Positions 46,652 through 56,196 are shown, numbered from the stretch's first letter. The stretch is 64,000 bases of DNA from Austwickia sp. (GCA_039812465.1 JBDIAS010000001.1:16206-80205); one strand, 5' to 3'. Translations and numbers: made by a program. Notes: a model not told the origin generated them from the letters alone.

Positions 46652-48769
46652 GTGACCGAACCACACCAGGGCGCCCCCACGAACGGTCAGGCTCCGTCCG
46701 CGGAGTCGGGCGCCACGTCAGCCAGCGCCGGGGCGGATCAGAGCGCCACCCCGCCGAAGCCGTCGACGGCGGCCCGCCAGAAGGCGAGCAGCTCGGCGCG
46801 GAGGGCCCCCGCGAAGTCCCGTACAACGCGGGCCGGATCGACCACGCCGAGAGCGACCCGATCGGCGAAAGCGACCTCGGGCAGCCCGAAGAAGACTGCC
46901 GCCGCGCGACCCGCCCAGGCGCGCACCAGCGTCGCGCGGGCGGTCACCAGCGCGCCGGGGGAGTCGCCGGCGGCGGCTCCCCCGCACGAAGGGGACGCCG
47001 GATGGGACGCGCAGGCACCGCGACCCGTGGAGCCCGTGCGCGACCAAGTTGATCACGCGGTCGAGCGCGACTCCGAGCACGAGGACGACGATCACCGCAT
47101 CGCGTTCGACGCGGAGAACCTCGCGGGCGGCGCGGGAGCGGTCAACGGGCCGAGCCCCTTCGTGGGGTTCGGCGTGCGGGACGCCGTCGGTGGTCTCGTC
47201 ACGTTGGGGAGCCGGACTCTGCGCAACCCCAAGGCGCTCGCGGCCGTGGCGCCTCGGACCGTCAAGGAGCTCGCCATGATCGGCCTCGGCCGATCGACGG
47301 TCGCGCCCGACAAGAAGGACAAGCGGTTCCGGGACGAGGCCTGGCAGGACGGAAAGCTGCGCAAGATCATGCAGCTCTACCTGACCCTGGGGGCCGAGGC
47401 CGACGAGATCGTCGAACACCTCGGGCTGCAGGAGAAGGACGTCGAGCGGGTCGAGTTCGTGACAGGCCTCATCCGGGAGGCGCTCGCGCCGACCAACAAC
47501 ATCATCACCAACCCGGCCGCTTTGCGGAAGGCGCAGCAGACGCGGGGCAAGAGCCTCGCGAAGGGTTTCAGCAACCTCGTCGACGACCTGCGCAACAACC
47601 ACATGATGCCGGCGCAGGTGAACCGCCAGCCGTACCACGTCGGCATCAACCTCGCCGTCACGCGGGGCAAGGTCATCTTCCGCAACGACGTCGTGGAGAT
47701 CCTCCACTACCGGCCGCAGTCCGAGAAGGTCGGGACGCGCCCGCTCGTGGTGATTCCGCCCCAGGTCAACAAGTACTACGCGCTGGACCTCGCGCCGGGC
47801 CGCAGCATGTACGAGTACCTGCTGCAGAACGGCATCCAGGTGTTCGGCCTCAGCTGGCGCAACCCGACGGCCAAGGAGCGGGACTGGGACTTCAACACGT
47901 ACGCGGACGCGGCCATCGAGGCCATCGACGTCGTACGGGAGGTCTCCGGGTCCGACGATGTCAACATCATGGGCGGCTGTGCCGGCGGCATGATGGTGTC
48001 GATCCTCTCGGCGATCGACGCGGCACGGGGCACGGGCCGTATCCATTCCTCGACCATGCTGGTCACGCTGCTGGACAGCCGGACGGACGCGGAGATCCTG
48101 CTCTTCGCCTCGCCGAAGACGGTCGAGGCGGCCAAGAAGCAGTCGAGCAAGAAGGGTTACCTCGACGGGTGGCGGATGGCGCAGGTGTTCGCCTGGCTCA
48201 GACCCAATGAGCTGGTGTGGAACTACTGGGTCAACAACTACCTGTTGGGCAACGACCCGCCGACCTTCGACATCCTGGCCTGGAATGCCGACACGACGCG
48301 GCTGCCGGAGGCCATGCACCACCAGCTGCTGGAGATCGTGATCTACAACAAGCTGACCAAGCCGGGGAAGGTCGAGATCCTCGACACCCCGATCGACATC
48401 AGCAACATCACCCAGGACACGTACGTGGTCGGCGGGGTCACCGACCACATCACGCCCTGGGAGGGGACGTACTCCACGACCCGGATGGTGTCGGGAGACT
48501 GCCGGTTCGTCCTCACCTCCAGCGGCCACGTGCAGACCCTCGTGGCGGCCCCGGGCCACCGCGGCCTGACCTATTACACGAACCCGGACCTGCCCAACGA
48601 GGCGGAGAAGTGGTTCGCGGGCGCCGAGAAGCACGACGGCACCTGGTGGGCGGACTGGGTGGAGTGGCTGAAGCCGCGCTCGGGCGAGTTGAAGGACCCG
48701 CCCGTCACGGCTGGTAACGAGAACTATCCGCCGATGGAAGAGGCGCCCGGTACGTATATCTTCACGTGA
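46652..48769 (+). CDS. phaC: Class I-type poly(3-hydroxyalkanoate) synthase with a basic Ser/Thr/Ala/Pro/Arg/Lys-rich N-terminal extension of about 140 aa
   Basis: RF.DEAWQ, PLVVIPPQVNKYYALDL, lipase-box MGGCAGG, GGVTDHITPW and SGHVQ. GTG 46652 follows GGAAGCGAGGG. The exact start is uncertain. Confidence 0.8.
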   Translation: MTEPHQGAPTNGQAPSAESGATSASAGADQSATPPKPSTAARQKASSSARRAPAKSRTTRAGSTTPRATRSAKATSGSPKKTAAARPAQARTSVARAVTSAPGESPAAAPPHEGDAGWDAQAPRPVEPVRDQVDHAVERDSEHEDDDHRIAFDAENLAGGAGAVNGPSPFVGFGVRDAVGGLVTLGSRTLRNPKALAAVAPRTVKELAMIGLGRSTVAPDKKDKRFRDEAWQDGKLRKIMQLYLTLGAEADEIVEHLGLQEKDVERVEFVTGLIREALAPTNNIITNPAALRKAQQTRGKSLAKGFSNLVDDLRNNHMMPAQVNRQPYHVGINLAVTRGKVIFRNDVVEILHYRPQSEKVGTRPLVVIPPQVNKYYALDLAPGRSMYEYLLQNGIQVFGLSWRNPTAKERDWDFNTYADAAIEAIDVVREVSGSDDVNIMGGCAGGMMVSILSAIDAARGTGRIHSSTMLVTLLDSRTDAEILLFASPKTVEAAKKQSSKKGYLDGWRMAQVFAWLRPNELVWNYWVNNYLLGNDPPTFDILAWNADTTRLPEAMHHQLLEIVIYNKLTKPGKVEILDTPIDISNITQDTYVVGGVTDHITPWEGTYSTTRMVSGDCRFVLTSSGHVQTLVAAPGHRGLTYYTNPDLPNEAEKWFAGAEKHDGTWWADWVEWLKPRSGELKDPPVTAGNENYPPMEEAPGTYIFT

Positions 48770-48892
48770 CCTCGACAGCGATGAGGGCTCACGCCCACGA
48801 CACGACCCACAAGACAGGTCTGCGCGTCCCGTCGCGCAGTACGAGCAAGCTGGGCGGATGCCCTCCGCCACACCAAAGGGAATGGAGAACCG

Positions 48893-49642
48893 ATGAGTGA
48901 GAACGAAGCCCGTGTGGCTCTGGTAACCGGTGGTACGCGGGGGATCGGCTCTGCCATCTCGCGGATGCTGGCGAAGGACGGCGTGAAGGTTGTCGCGGTC
49001 TACAACAGCAACGCCAAGGCCGCCAACGCCTACTCGGAGCAGGCCAAGGCCGAGGGCCTGGACATCGACGTCCGCCAGGCCAACATCGCGAACCCCTCCG
49101 ACTGCCAGACCCTCGTGGACTCGGTCGTTCGGGAGTACGGCCGGATCGACTGGCTCGTCAACAACGCCGGCATCGTGCGTGACCGCACCGCCGTCAAGAT
49201 GAACCAGCTCGACTGGGACCAGGTCATCAAGACCAACCTGTCCGGCCCGTTCTGGCTGGCCAAGGCGGCGCTGCCGTACATGTACGACGCGAACTACGGC
49301 CGCATCGTGAACATCTCGTCCTTCTCCGGCGCGCTCGGCCGCATCGGCCAGTCGAACTACGCCGCGGCGAAGTCCGGCCTGTTCGGTCTGACCAAGACGC
49401 TGGCCCTGGAGTCGGCGACCAAGGGCGTCACCGTCAACTGCATCATCCCCGGTGCCGTGACCACGGAGATGACCCAGAAGCTGCCCCAGGAGATCCTGGA
49501 CCAGGTCACGGAGACCATCCCGATGCGCGACTGGGCCACCGGCGACGACATCGCCGACGCGGTGCGCTACCTGTGCTCGGACGGCGCGCGCTACATCACC
49601 GGCGTGCTGCTTCCGGTGACCGGCGGCCTCTTGATGATCTGA
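48893..49642 (+). CDS. Acetoacetyl-CoA reductase / 3-oxoacyl reductase (SDR; PhaB-like by context)
   Basis: TGGTRGIG, NNAG and the S...YAAAK catalytic motif. Confidence 0.85.
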   Translation: MSENEARVALVTGGTRGIGSAISRMLAKDGVKVVAVYNSNAKAANAYSEQAKAEGLDIDVRQANIANPSDCQTLVDSVVREYGRIDWLVNNAGIVRDRTAVKMNQLDWDQVIKTNLSGPFWLAKAALPYMYDANYGRIVNISSFSGALGRIGQSNYAAAKSGLFGLTKTLALESATKGVTVNCIIPGAVTTEMTQKLPQEILDQVTETIPMRDWATGDDIADAVRYLCSDGARYITGVLLPVTGGLLMI

Positions 49643-49665
49643 GGTCCGCCTCTCACGTCTGCGCT

Positions 49666-49712
49666 CAGCAACGAGGTCCTCCGGCCGATCCGGCCGGGGG
49701 ACCTCGTTGCTG
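49666..49712 (+). terminator. 14-bp perfect-stem hairpin after the reductase gene
   Basis: CAGCAACGAGGTCC-(19 nt, itself self-pairing)-GGACCTCGTTGCTG, 24 bp after the stop. Confidence 0.6.
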
Positions 49713-49811
49713 TCGGCCGGGCCGGAACCGTTCGCGAGGGCGGCGCGTTGTCCAGCCGCGGCCGCGGATCGGTAGCCTGCCGCTGGGGCAGTCGCAGGCG
49801 GGGGAGGGGCC

Positions 49812-50264
49812 ATGCAGGAGGTACGTCCCGAGCAGGTGGACCTGCCCGGACCGGATTGGCAGTGGCGCCTGCGCCTGCACGCCTGGCGGGAGCGCATCCG
49901 CGCCAACCCCGCGACCCGGCAGCTCTACCGGTGGACCGTCGCCGGCATCGGGTTGGTCGTGGTCATCGCGGGCCTGATCATGGTGCCCTTTCCGGGACCG
50001 GGATGGCTGGTGGTCTTCATCGGCGTGGCCATCTGGGCCTCGGAGTTCCACTGGGCGCGCCGCCTGCTCGCCTTCGGCCGGCGGACGCTGGCGCGCTGGA
50101 ACGAATGGATGATGCGGCAGGGGTGGACTGTGCGCATCGCCGTGACCCTCGCGTGCTTCCTCGTGATCTGCGCGGCCTTCTGGGTGCTGTTGAAGGCGAT
50201 CGGCGTGCCGGGTTGGGTGCCGGAGGAGGCGCGCAACCTCTTGAGTACGTACGGGGGTCTCTGA
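49812..50264 (+). CDS. PGPGW-motif transmembrane protein (TIGR02611-like)
   Basis: MVPFPGPGWLVVFIGVAIWASEF signature. 3-4 TM segments. Confidence 0.75.
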   Translation: MQEVRPEQVDLPGPDWQWRLRLHAWRERIRANPATRQLYRWTVAGIGLVVVIAGLIMVPFPGPGWLVVFIGVAIWASEFHWARRLLAFGRRTLARWNEWMMRQGWTVRIAVTLACFLVICAAFWVLLKAIGVPGWVPEEARNLLSTYGGL

Positions 50265-50387
50265 TCCATTTCGCCGCGCGGCTCGCCACCTGCCTGGCCG
50301 CCGATGTGACCCGGCGAAAACGCTCGTACGTGCTGCTCTGACGGGTTTGGCGGCGGGCCTCATCGACGCTAGTCTGGGGCAGCACTC

Positions 50388-50461
50388 GGACGTATAGCTC
50401 AGTTGGTTAGAGCGTTCGCTTCACACGCGAAAGGCCAGGGGTTCAAGTCCCTTTACGTCCA
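50388..50461 (+). tRNA. tRNA-Val (CAC)
   Basis: Acceptor GGACGTA/TACGTCC, anticodon loop TTCACAC, T-arm AGGGG-TTCAAGT-CCCTT. CCA is not encoded. Confidence 0.85.
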
Positions 50462-50630
50462 CTGACGCCCTGTGGGGGTCACGCCCGCCAGGGCGGGGCC
50501 CCCACAGGGCGTCACTGTGATGGTGACATGAACCCCTGGGGTGGGCCCCCGCTGCCGAGCGAAGCGAGGCAGTAGGGGATCAAGTCCCTTTACGTCCACT
50601 GACGCTACGTCCACTGACGCCCTGTGGGGG
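50441..50630. repeat. Direct duplication of the tRNA-Val 3' end plus flank (50444-50478 vs 50581-50630, the second copy with an internal 15-nt duplication); att-site-like scar
   Basis: CAAGTCCCTTTACGTCCACTGACGC is identical at 50444-50468 and 50581-50605. TACGTCCACTGACGC is repeated at 50606-50620. CCTGTGGGGG follows both copies. Confidence 0.85.
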
Positions 50631-50729
50631 TTGTCGGCGGCCACGAGAAACTGCTCGGAGACGGCCACGAAACGGCCCTATTGCCACTCGGCAGCGCGGA
50701 TGACGGCCCAGCTCTGCGCACGCGACGCC

Positions 50730-50990
50730 GGAACCGCCGACGACGACCCCGTACCGCGCATGAGGTCCCGCGGATCCCCGGGCCTCCACCGGCGAAACCA
50801 GGCCCCCATCGGCGAACCGGGGACTCCATGGCCGCTCCGGGGCGTGGATGAGGTCCCGGAACTGCCGACGACGACCCCGTACCGCGCATGAGGTCCCGCG
50901 GATCCCCGGGCCCCCACCGGCGAAACCAGGCCTCCACCGGCGAAACCGGGCCCTCATCGGCGAGCGCGGGCTCCCATCGGCGCCCTGGCA
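50730..50990. repeat. 75-bp direct repeat with 128-bp period (50730-50804, 50858-50932). Each copy runs at its 3' end into, and is followed by, degenerate 20-bp units CCNCCAYCGGCGAAMCNGGS (3 and 4 units)
   Basis: Read directly. The two copies differ at 2 of 75 positions. The region lies upstream of ndh. Confidence 0.85.
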
Positions 50991-51187
50991 GTTTCTCCCG
51001 GCCTTTGACAGGGGATCACGCCTGGCAGAGCGGTGCCCCTCACGCATGGACGGGCCCCGGGGCCGGGGAGGACGCCCCGGCGGCATGGCGGCGGCGGGCG
51101 CGAATGGTCGGGGATCTGGGGGGTAGTTCACCCCGGAGGGGTGTGACCGGTAGCCCCGACCCACGCGCTGTCGAAGGGGGATCCGCT

Positions 51188-52609
51188 GTGACCGACGCGG
51201 AAGATGCCCGCACCCACGCCCACGCCCACCGAGTCGTCATCATCGGATCCGGCTTCGGGGGCTTGTTCGCGGCCAAGGCCTTGAAGCGCGCGGACGTGGA
51301 CGTCACGTTGATCGCGGAGAGCTCCGTGCACCTCTTCCAGCCGCTGCTCTATCAGGTCGCGACGGGGATCCTCTCGGAGGGGCAGATCGCCCCGGCCACG
51401 CGGGCGGTGCTCCACCGGCACCGCCGGGTCACCGTGTTGCAGGGCCTCGTCACCGGGATCGACCTGAAGGCGCGCGAGGTGACGTCGCGCTATCACGACG
51501 CGGTACGGCGCACCCCGTACGACTCCTTGATCCTGGCGGCGGGCGCCGGGCAGAGCTACTTCGGCCACGACGAGTTCGCCACGTACGCGCCCGGCATGAA
51601 GACCCTCGACGACGCGTTGGAGCTGCGGGCCCGCATCCTCGGCGCGTTCGAACGCGCCGAGCTGGAGGAGGACCCGCAGCGGCGACAGCGGCTGCTCACG
51701 TTCGTGGTCGTCGGCGCCGGCCCGACCGGGGTCGAGATGGCGGGGCAGATCCGCGAGCTCGCCAGCCGGACGCTGGCGCGCAACTTCCGGCGGATCGACC
51801 CGGGCCAAGCCCGGGTGGTGCTGGTCGACGGGGCCTCGCAGGTGCTGGCGGCGTTCGGGGACCGGCTCGGGCAGATCACCCACCGCGAGCTGGAGCGGCT
51901 CGGCGTCGAGGTGCGCCTGGGCGCCCAGGTCACCGACGTCGACGCGGACGGGGTGGTGATCCGCGGCAGCGACGGCGCGCAGGAGCGGATGGAGTGCGCC
52001 TGCAAGGTCTGGGCGGCGGGCGTGCAGGGGAGTCCGCTCGGGCGGATGGTCGCCGAGCAGGCCGGGGCCGAGGTGGACCGGGCCGGCCGCGTCGTCGTGA
52101 GCGACGAGCTGACCCTCCCCTTGCACCCGGAGGTCTTCGTGGTGGGAGACCTGATGGCCTTCCCCGGCGTGCCCGGCGTCGCGCAGGGCGCCATCCAGTC
52201 CGGGCGATTCGCCGCGGGGCGGATCCGCGAGCGCGTGAGCGCCGTCGCGCAGGGGCGTCCGGAGCGGGGCGCGTCGTTCAGGTACGTCGACAAGGGTTCG
52301 ATGGCGACGATCAGCAAGTACCGGGCGGTGGTATCGATCGGCCGGTTCCGGATGAGCGGGTTCCTCGCCTGGGTGGCGTGGCTGTTCCTGCATCTGCTGT
52401 ACATCGCGGGCTTCAAGCAGCAGATCACCACTCTGCTGCGTTGGTTCGTGACGTTCCTGGGCACGGGTCGCGCCGAGCGGGCCACCACGAACCAGCAGAT
52501 GGTCGGCAGGCTGGCGTTGGAGCGACTCGGCGCCGGGGTGAGCGGCGCGCTGCTGCGGGGCGAGCCGCTCCCGCCGGAAGACGAGCGCCGCCCGCGTCCG
52601 CTGACCTGA
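51188..52609 (+). CDS. ndh: Type II NADH:quinone oxidoreductase (NDH-2)
   Basis: [10 protein letters not shown] and [11 protein letters not shown] dinucleotide folds, C-terminal membrane-anchoring helices. GTG 51188 follows GAAGGGGGA. Confidence 0.9.
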   Translation: MTDAEDARTHAHAHRVVIIGSGFGGLFAAKALKRADVDVTLIAESSVHLFQPLLYQVATGILSEGQIAPATRAVLHRHRRVTVLQGLVTGIDLKAREVTSRYHDAVRRTPYDSLILAAGAGQSYFGHDEFATYAPGMKTLDDALELRARILGAFERAELEEDPQRRQRLLTFVVVGAGPTGVEMAGQIRELASRTLARNFRRIDPGQARVVLVDGASQVLAAFGDRLGQITHRELERLGVEVRLGAQVTDVDADGVVIRGSDGAQERMECACKVWAAGVQGSPLGRMVAEQAGAEVDRAGRVVVSDELTLPLHPEVFVVGDLMAFPGVPGVAQGAIQSGRFAAGRIRERVSAVAQGRPERGASFRYVDKGSMATISKYRAVVSIGRFRMSGFLAWVAWLFLHLLYIAGFKQQITTLLRWFVTFLGTGRAERATTNQQMVGRLALERLGAGVSGALLRGEPLPPEDERRPRPLT

Positions 52610-52770
52610 GCGGGGAGGCTGATCTGAGCGGGGAGAACGGCGCCCGAGGCGGGAGCCCCGCGGCGCGCCAGGCGAGCCGCGTCGGGGGTTGTCGGACCTC
52701 GCCGTTACCCTGGTCGGGCACGCGTCCTTCGTACGACGTGTGCGTGCCGGCCACCCAAGGAGTTCGCACT

Positions 52771-54789
52771 GTGTCCAGTCAGATCACCCTCACCGTCGAC
52801 GGCGCGCCGCGAGAGGTGGCGCAGGGCACGACGTACGGTGACGTCCTTCCCGGCGGCAAGCAGGTAGTGGCCGCCCGGGTCGGCGACGACGTGTTCGATC
52901 TGTTCCGGCCCGCCTCCGACGGCGACGTGGTCGAGCCGGTGCTCCTCGACACCCCGGACGGCATCGAGGTGCTGCGCCACTCCGCCGCCCACGTGCTCGC
53001 CCAGGCGGTCCAGGAGATCGACCCGTCGGCGAGGCTCGGGATCGGGCCCCCGGTGCGCGACGGCTTCTACTACGACTTCGACGTCGCCGAGCCCTTCACG
53101 CCCGAGGACCTCAAGAAGCTCGAGAAGGCGATGCAGCGCATCGTCAACTCCGGGCAGACCTTCCGGCGCCGCGTGGTGAGCGAGTCCGAGGCGCGCGAGC
53201 TGCTGGCCGACGAGCCGTACAAGTTGGAGCTGGTGCTCCTCAAGGGGCGCACGAGCGACGACGAGGTGGGCGCGGTCGCCGAGGGCGCGGAGGTGGAGAT
53301 CGGCGGGTCGGAGCTCACGGTCTACGAGAGCGTCAACCGGGACGGCGAGGTCGTCTGGTTCGACCTCTGCCGGGGCCCGCACGTCCCGTCGACCAAGGTG
53401 CTCGGCAACGCGTTCAAGTTGATGCGCAGCGCGGCGGCGTACTGGCGGGGCGATCAGAAGAACGCGCAGCTGCAGCGGCTCTACGGCACGGCCTGGCCGA
53501 CCAAGGAGGAGCTGAGGGACTACCTCTTCCGGCTCGCGGAGGCCGAGAAACGCGACCACCGCAAGCTGGGCGTCGAGATGGACCTGTTCAGCTTCCCCGA
53601 CGAGGTCGGTTCCGGGCTGCCGGTGTTCCACCCCAACGGCGGCATCATCCGGATGGAGATGGAGGAGTACAGCCGGCGTCGGCACGTGGAGGAGGGGTAT
53701 CAGTTCGTCAACACCCCCCACATCACGAAGGGGCAGCTGTTCCAGCTCTCCGGGCACCTGGACTGGTACTCCGACGGCATGTTCCCGCCCATGCACCTCG
53801 ACGCGGAGCACCACCCCGACGGGACGCTGAAGCGGCAGGGGCAGGACTACTACCTCAAGCCGATGAACTGCCCCATGCACAACCTGATCTATCGCTCGCG
53901 CGGCCGCTCGTATCGCGAGCTGCCGATGCGGCTGTTCGAGTTCGGGACGGTGTATCGGTACGAGAAGTCCGGCGTCGTCCACGGCCTCACGCGTGCCCGC
54001 GGGTTCACCCAGGACGACGCGCACATCTATTGCACCCGCGAGCAGATGCGCGACGAGCTGGCCTCGCTGCTGACGTTCGTCCTCGACCTGCTGAAGGACT
54101 ACGGGCTCGACGACTTCTACCTGGAGCTGTCGACGAAGAACCCGGAGAAGTTCGTCGGCGACGACGCCACCTGGGACGAGGCCACCGAGGTGTTGCGTCA
54201 GGTGGCGACCGACTCCGGGCTGGAGCTCGTGCCCGACCCGGGGGGCGCGGCCTTTTACGGCCCGAAGATCTCCGTGCAGACCAAGGACGCGATCGGGCGG
54301 ACCTGGCAGATGTCGACGATCCAGCTGGACTTCAACCTGCCGGAGCTGTTTGAGCTCGAGTACCAGGCCCCCGACGGCACGCGGCAGCGGCCGGTGATGA
54401 TCCACCGCGCCCTCTTCGGCTCCATCGAGCGGTTCTTCGGCGTGCTGGTCGAGCATTATGCCGGCGCGTTCCCGGTGTGGCTCGCGCCGATCCAGGTCAC
54501 CTGCGTGCCGGTCGCCGACGAGTACCTCCCGCACCTGGAGGAGGTGGCGTCGCTGCTGCGCGCGCAGGGAGTGCGTGTCGACATCGACGCCTCCGACGAC
54601 CGGTTCCCCAAGAAGATCCGCAACGCGAGCAAGTCGAAGGTGCCGTTCACGTTGATCGCGGGGGAGGAGGACCGGTCTGCGGGGGCGGTGTCGTTCCGCT
54701 ACCGCGACGGGTCCCAGGAGAACGGGGTCCCCGTGAGCCAGGCCGTGGCCAAGATCGTGGAGGCGATCCGCACCCGCGCCCAGGTCTGA
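52771..54789 (+). CDS. thrS: Threonine--tRNA ligase
   Basis: TGS domain, [11 protein letters not shown] editing motif, class II motifs ([46 protein letters not shown]). GTG follows AAGGAG. Confidence 0.95.
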   Translation: MSSQITLTVDGAPREVAQGTTYGDVLPGGKQVVAARVGDDVFDLFRPASDGDVVEPVLLDTPDGIEVLRHSAAHVLAQAVQEIDPSARLGIGPPVRDGFYYDFDVAEPFTPEDLKKLEKAMQRIVNSGQTFRRRVVSESEARELLADEPYKLELVLLKGRTSDDEVGAVAEGAEVEIGGSELTVYESVNRDGEVVWFDLCRGPHVPSTKVLGNAFKLMRSAAAYWRGDQKNAQLQRLYGTAWPTKEELRDYLFRLAEAEKRDHRKLGVEMDLFSFPDEVGSGLPVFHPNGGIIRMEMEEYSRRRHVEEGYQFVNTPHITKGQLFQLSGHLDWYSDGMFPPMHLDAEHHPDGTLKRQGQDYYLKPMNCPMHNLIYRSRGRSYRELPMRLFEFGTVYRYEKSGVVHGLTRARGFTQDDAHIYCTREQMRDELASLLTFVLDLLKDYGLDDFYLELSTKNPEKFVGDDATWDEATEVLRQVATDSGLELVPDPGGAAFYGPKISVQTKDAIGRTWQMSTIQLDFNLPELFELEYQAPDGTRQRPVMIHRALFGSIERFFGVLVEHYAGAFPVWLAPIQVTCVPVADEYLPHLEEVASLLRAQGVRVDIDASDDRFPKKIRNASKSKVPFTLIAGEEDRSAGAVSFRYRDGSQENGVPVSQAVAKIVEAIRTRAQV

Positions 54790-54949
54790 CCGGGTCTGGC
54801 CGCGACCGCCGGGCCCCTCTGACGGCCGCGGTTCCGGCGGCACGCTCAGGGCCTGCGGCCTCCGGCGGCGCGAGGCGGCATGCCAGGCGTGCGGGCTCGG
54901 ACGGCGCGGAGGCGTGTCCGAGGCGTGAGATCCGTGGTTGGATGCCCAC

Positions 54950-55420
54950 GTGAGGGCAGACCAGGGTCAACTGTGGCAGGTGACGCGCGCCCAGCCGGCG
55001 GACGCGTTCGCCCTCGCCGCCCTGGAACTGCAGCTGAACCGCGAACAGGGCCGCTCCGGCGAGGAGGGCTTCCTCGACCGGTACGCCGACGCGTGGCTCG
55101 TCGATGCGGAGCGGCGGCCCGCCTGGATCGCGAAGTCCATCGACGGGAGTCCTCGCGGCGGGCTGCTCCTCTACGTCGTCGACGGACTCCCGCGTCCGGG
55201 GCGGATCTCGCGCCCCTGGGTCCACCTCACGCACCTCTACGTGACCCCCGGCGCCCGGCGGATGGGCGTGGGGGAGGAATTGCTGCGGGAGGCGCTGGCG
55301 TGGGCCCGGGACCACCGCGCGTTGTGGGTCCAACTCGGTACGGGTTCCGGCTCCAGCCTCTTCCGCAGGTCGGGGTTCGCCCCGGCCGGTGGACGGCTGC
55401 TTCGGCTCGACCTGCCGTGA
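54950..55420 (+). CDS. GNAT-family N-acetyltransferase
   Basis: Motif A: LYVTPGARRMGVGEELLREALAWA. The start is uncertain (GTG 54950 or TTG 54938). Confidence 0.65.
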   Translation: MRADQGQLWQVTRAQPADAFALAALELQLNREQGRSGEEGFLDRYADAWLVDAERRPAWIAKSIDGSPRGGLLLYVVDGLPRPGRISRPWVHLTHLYVTPGARRMGVGEELLREALAWARDHRALWVQLGTGSGSSLFRRSGFAPAGGRLLRLDLP

Positions 55421-55579
55421 GCGCCCCGGCTCGGCTCCGCCCGTGAGACTGCGAAGCTCGAGCCGCCGTGCGCGCTCCGGGCCCGCGCCGCCGTGAGGGC
55501 TCCGGGCCCGAGCCGCTGTGAGGGCTCCGGGCTCGAGCCGCTGTGAGGGCTCCGGGCTCGAGCCGCCGTGACCGCCCCC
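55411..55579. repeat. 25-bp tandem repeat (consensus CCGC(C/T)GTGAGGGCTCCGGGC(C/T)CGAG), about 6.5 units. The first unit contains the GNAT stop codon.
   Basis: Units at 55463, 55488, 55513 and 55538 (the last two identical), with decayed units on both sides. Each unit is internally palindromic (GGCTC...GAGCC). Confidence 0.85.
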
Positions 55580-55611
55580 ATCGGGTCGTTGGCCGGGCCT
55601 AGGATCGGCCC

Positions 55612-56196
55612 ATGAGCGGGCACGAGGGCTCCGAGGCGAGCGGGAGTACCCCGCTGCGCGAGGATGGCGACTTCGCCGGGGTGAAGGACGGCTTCGAGCG
55701 GCTGTGGACGCCGCACCGGATGGCGTACATCAACGGCGACCGCCCGAGCCCGCACGCCGGCGACGGGTGCCCGTTCTGCGCCGCGCCCGGCCGCTCCGAC
55801 GAGGACGGCCTGATCGTCCACCGGGGCGAGCTGTGCTTCGTCGTGCTGAACCTCTTCCCCTACAACCCGGGCCACCTGCTGGTGTGCCCCTACCGCCACG
55901 TGCCCCTCTACGTGGACCTGACCGAGGACGAAACGGCCGAGTTCACGGCCCTCACGAAGCGAGCCATCCGGGCGCTGGAGGAGGCTTCTCACCCGATGGG
56001 CTACAACCTCGGCATCAACCAGGGCGCCGTGGCCGGAGCCGGGGTGGCGGCGCACCTCCACCAGCACATCGTGCCCCGGTGGGGAGGCGACATGAACTTC
56101 CTCCCGATCGTGGCTCAGACCAAGGCGCTGCCTGTGCTGCTGGAGGACACCCGCCGTTCCCTGGTCCACGCCTGGGCTGACATCTCGGTGGGTTGA
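55612..56196 (+). CDS. HIT-family nucleotide hydrolase/phosphorylase (Rv2613c-like Ap4A phosphorylase)
   Basis: CPFC, NLFPYNPGHLLV and AHLHQHIVPRWGGD histidine triad. Confidence 0.85.
   Translation: MSGHEGSEASGSTPLREDGDFAGVKDGFERLWTPHRMAYINGDRPSPHAGDGCPFCAAPGRSDEDGLIVHRGELCFVVLNLFPYNPGHLLVCPYRHVPLYVDLTEDETAEFTALTKRAIRALEEASHPMGYNLGINQGAVAGAGVAAHLHQHIVPRWGGDMNFLPIVAQTKALPVLLEDTRRSLVHAWADISVG

Noticed and set aside
46718-49906. 1062-aa ORF on the minus strand (longest in the track)
   Set aside because: It is antisense to phaC and the SDR reductase, which carry clear catalytic motifs. Its translation is Arg/Gly/Pro/Asp/Val-rich low complexity, typical of shadow ORFs in high-GC DNA.
50462-51187. 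Integrated prophage or genomic island at tRNA-Val
   Set aside because: att-like duplication is present, but only about 100 bp lie between the copies. No integrase, excisionase or cargo ORF follows, and the next real gene is ndh.
50888-51187. 100-codon N-terminal extension of ndh suggested by ORF 50888..52609
   Set aside because: The extension is a translation of the repeat region. NDH-2 homology begins at the GSGFGG fold just after GTG 51188, which has a good RBS.
52610-52770. T-box or other leader upstream of thrS
   Set aside because: I saw only a short direct repeat (CTGAGCGGGGA x2). I could not identify a specifier loop, T-box sequence or convincing terminator/antiterminator by eye.
50730-55579. 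Possible CRISPR arrays (the 25-bp array at 55411-55579; the 75-bp repeats at 50730-50932)
   Set aside because: The 25-bp units are contiguous with no spacers. The 75-bp repeat has only two copies, and its interval is itself repetitive. There are no cas genes in the window.
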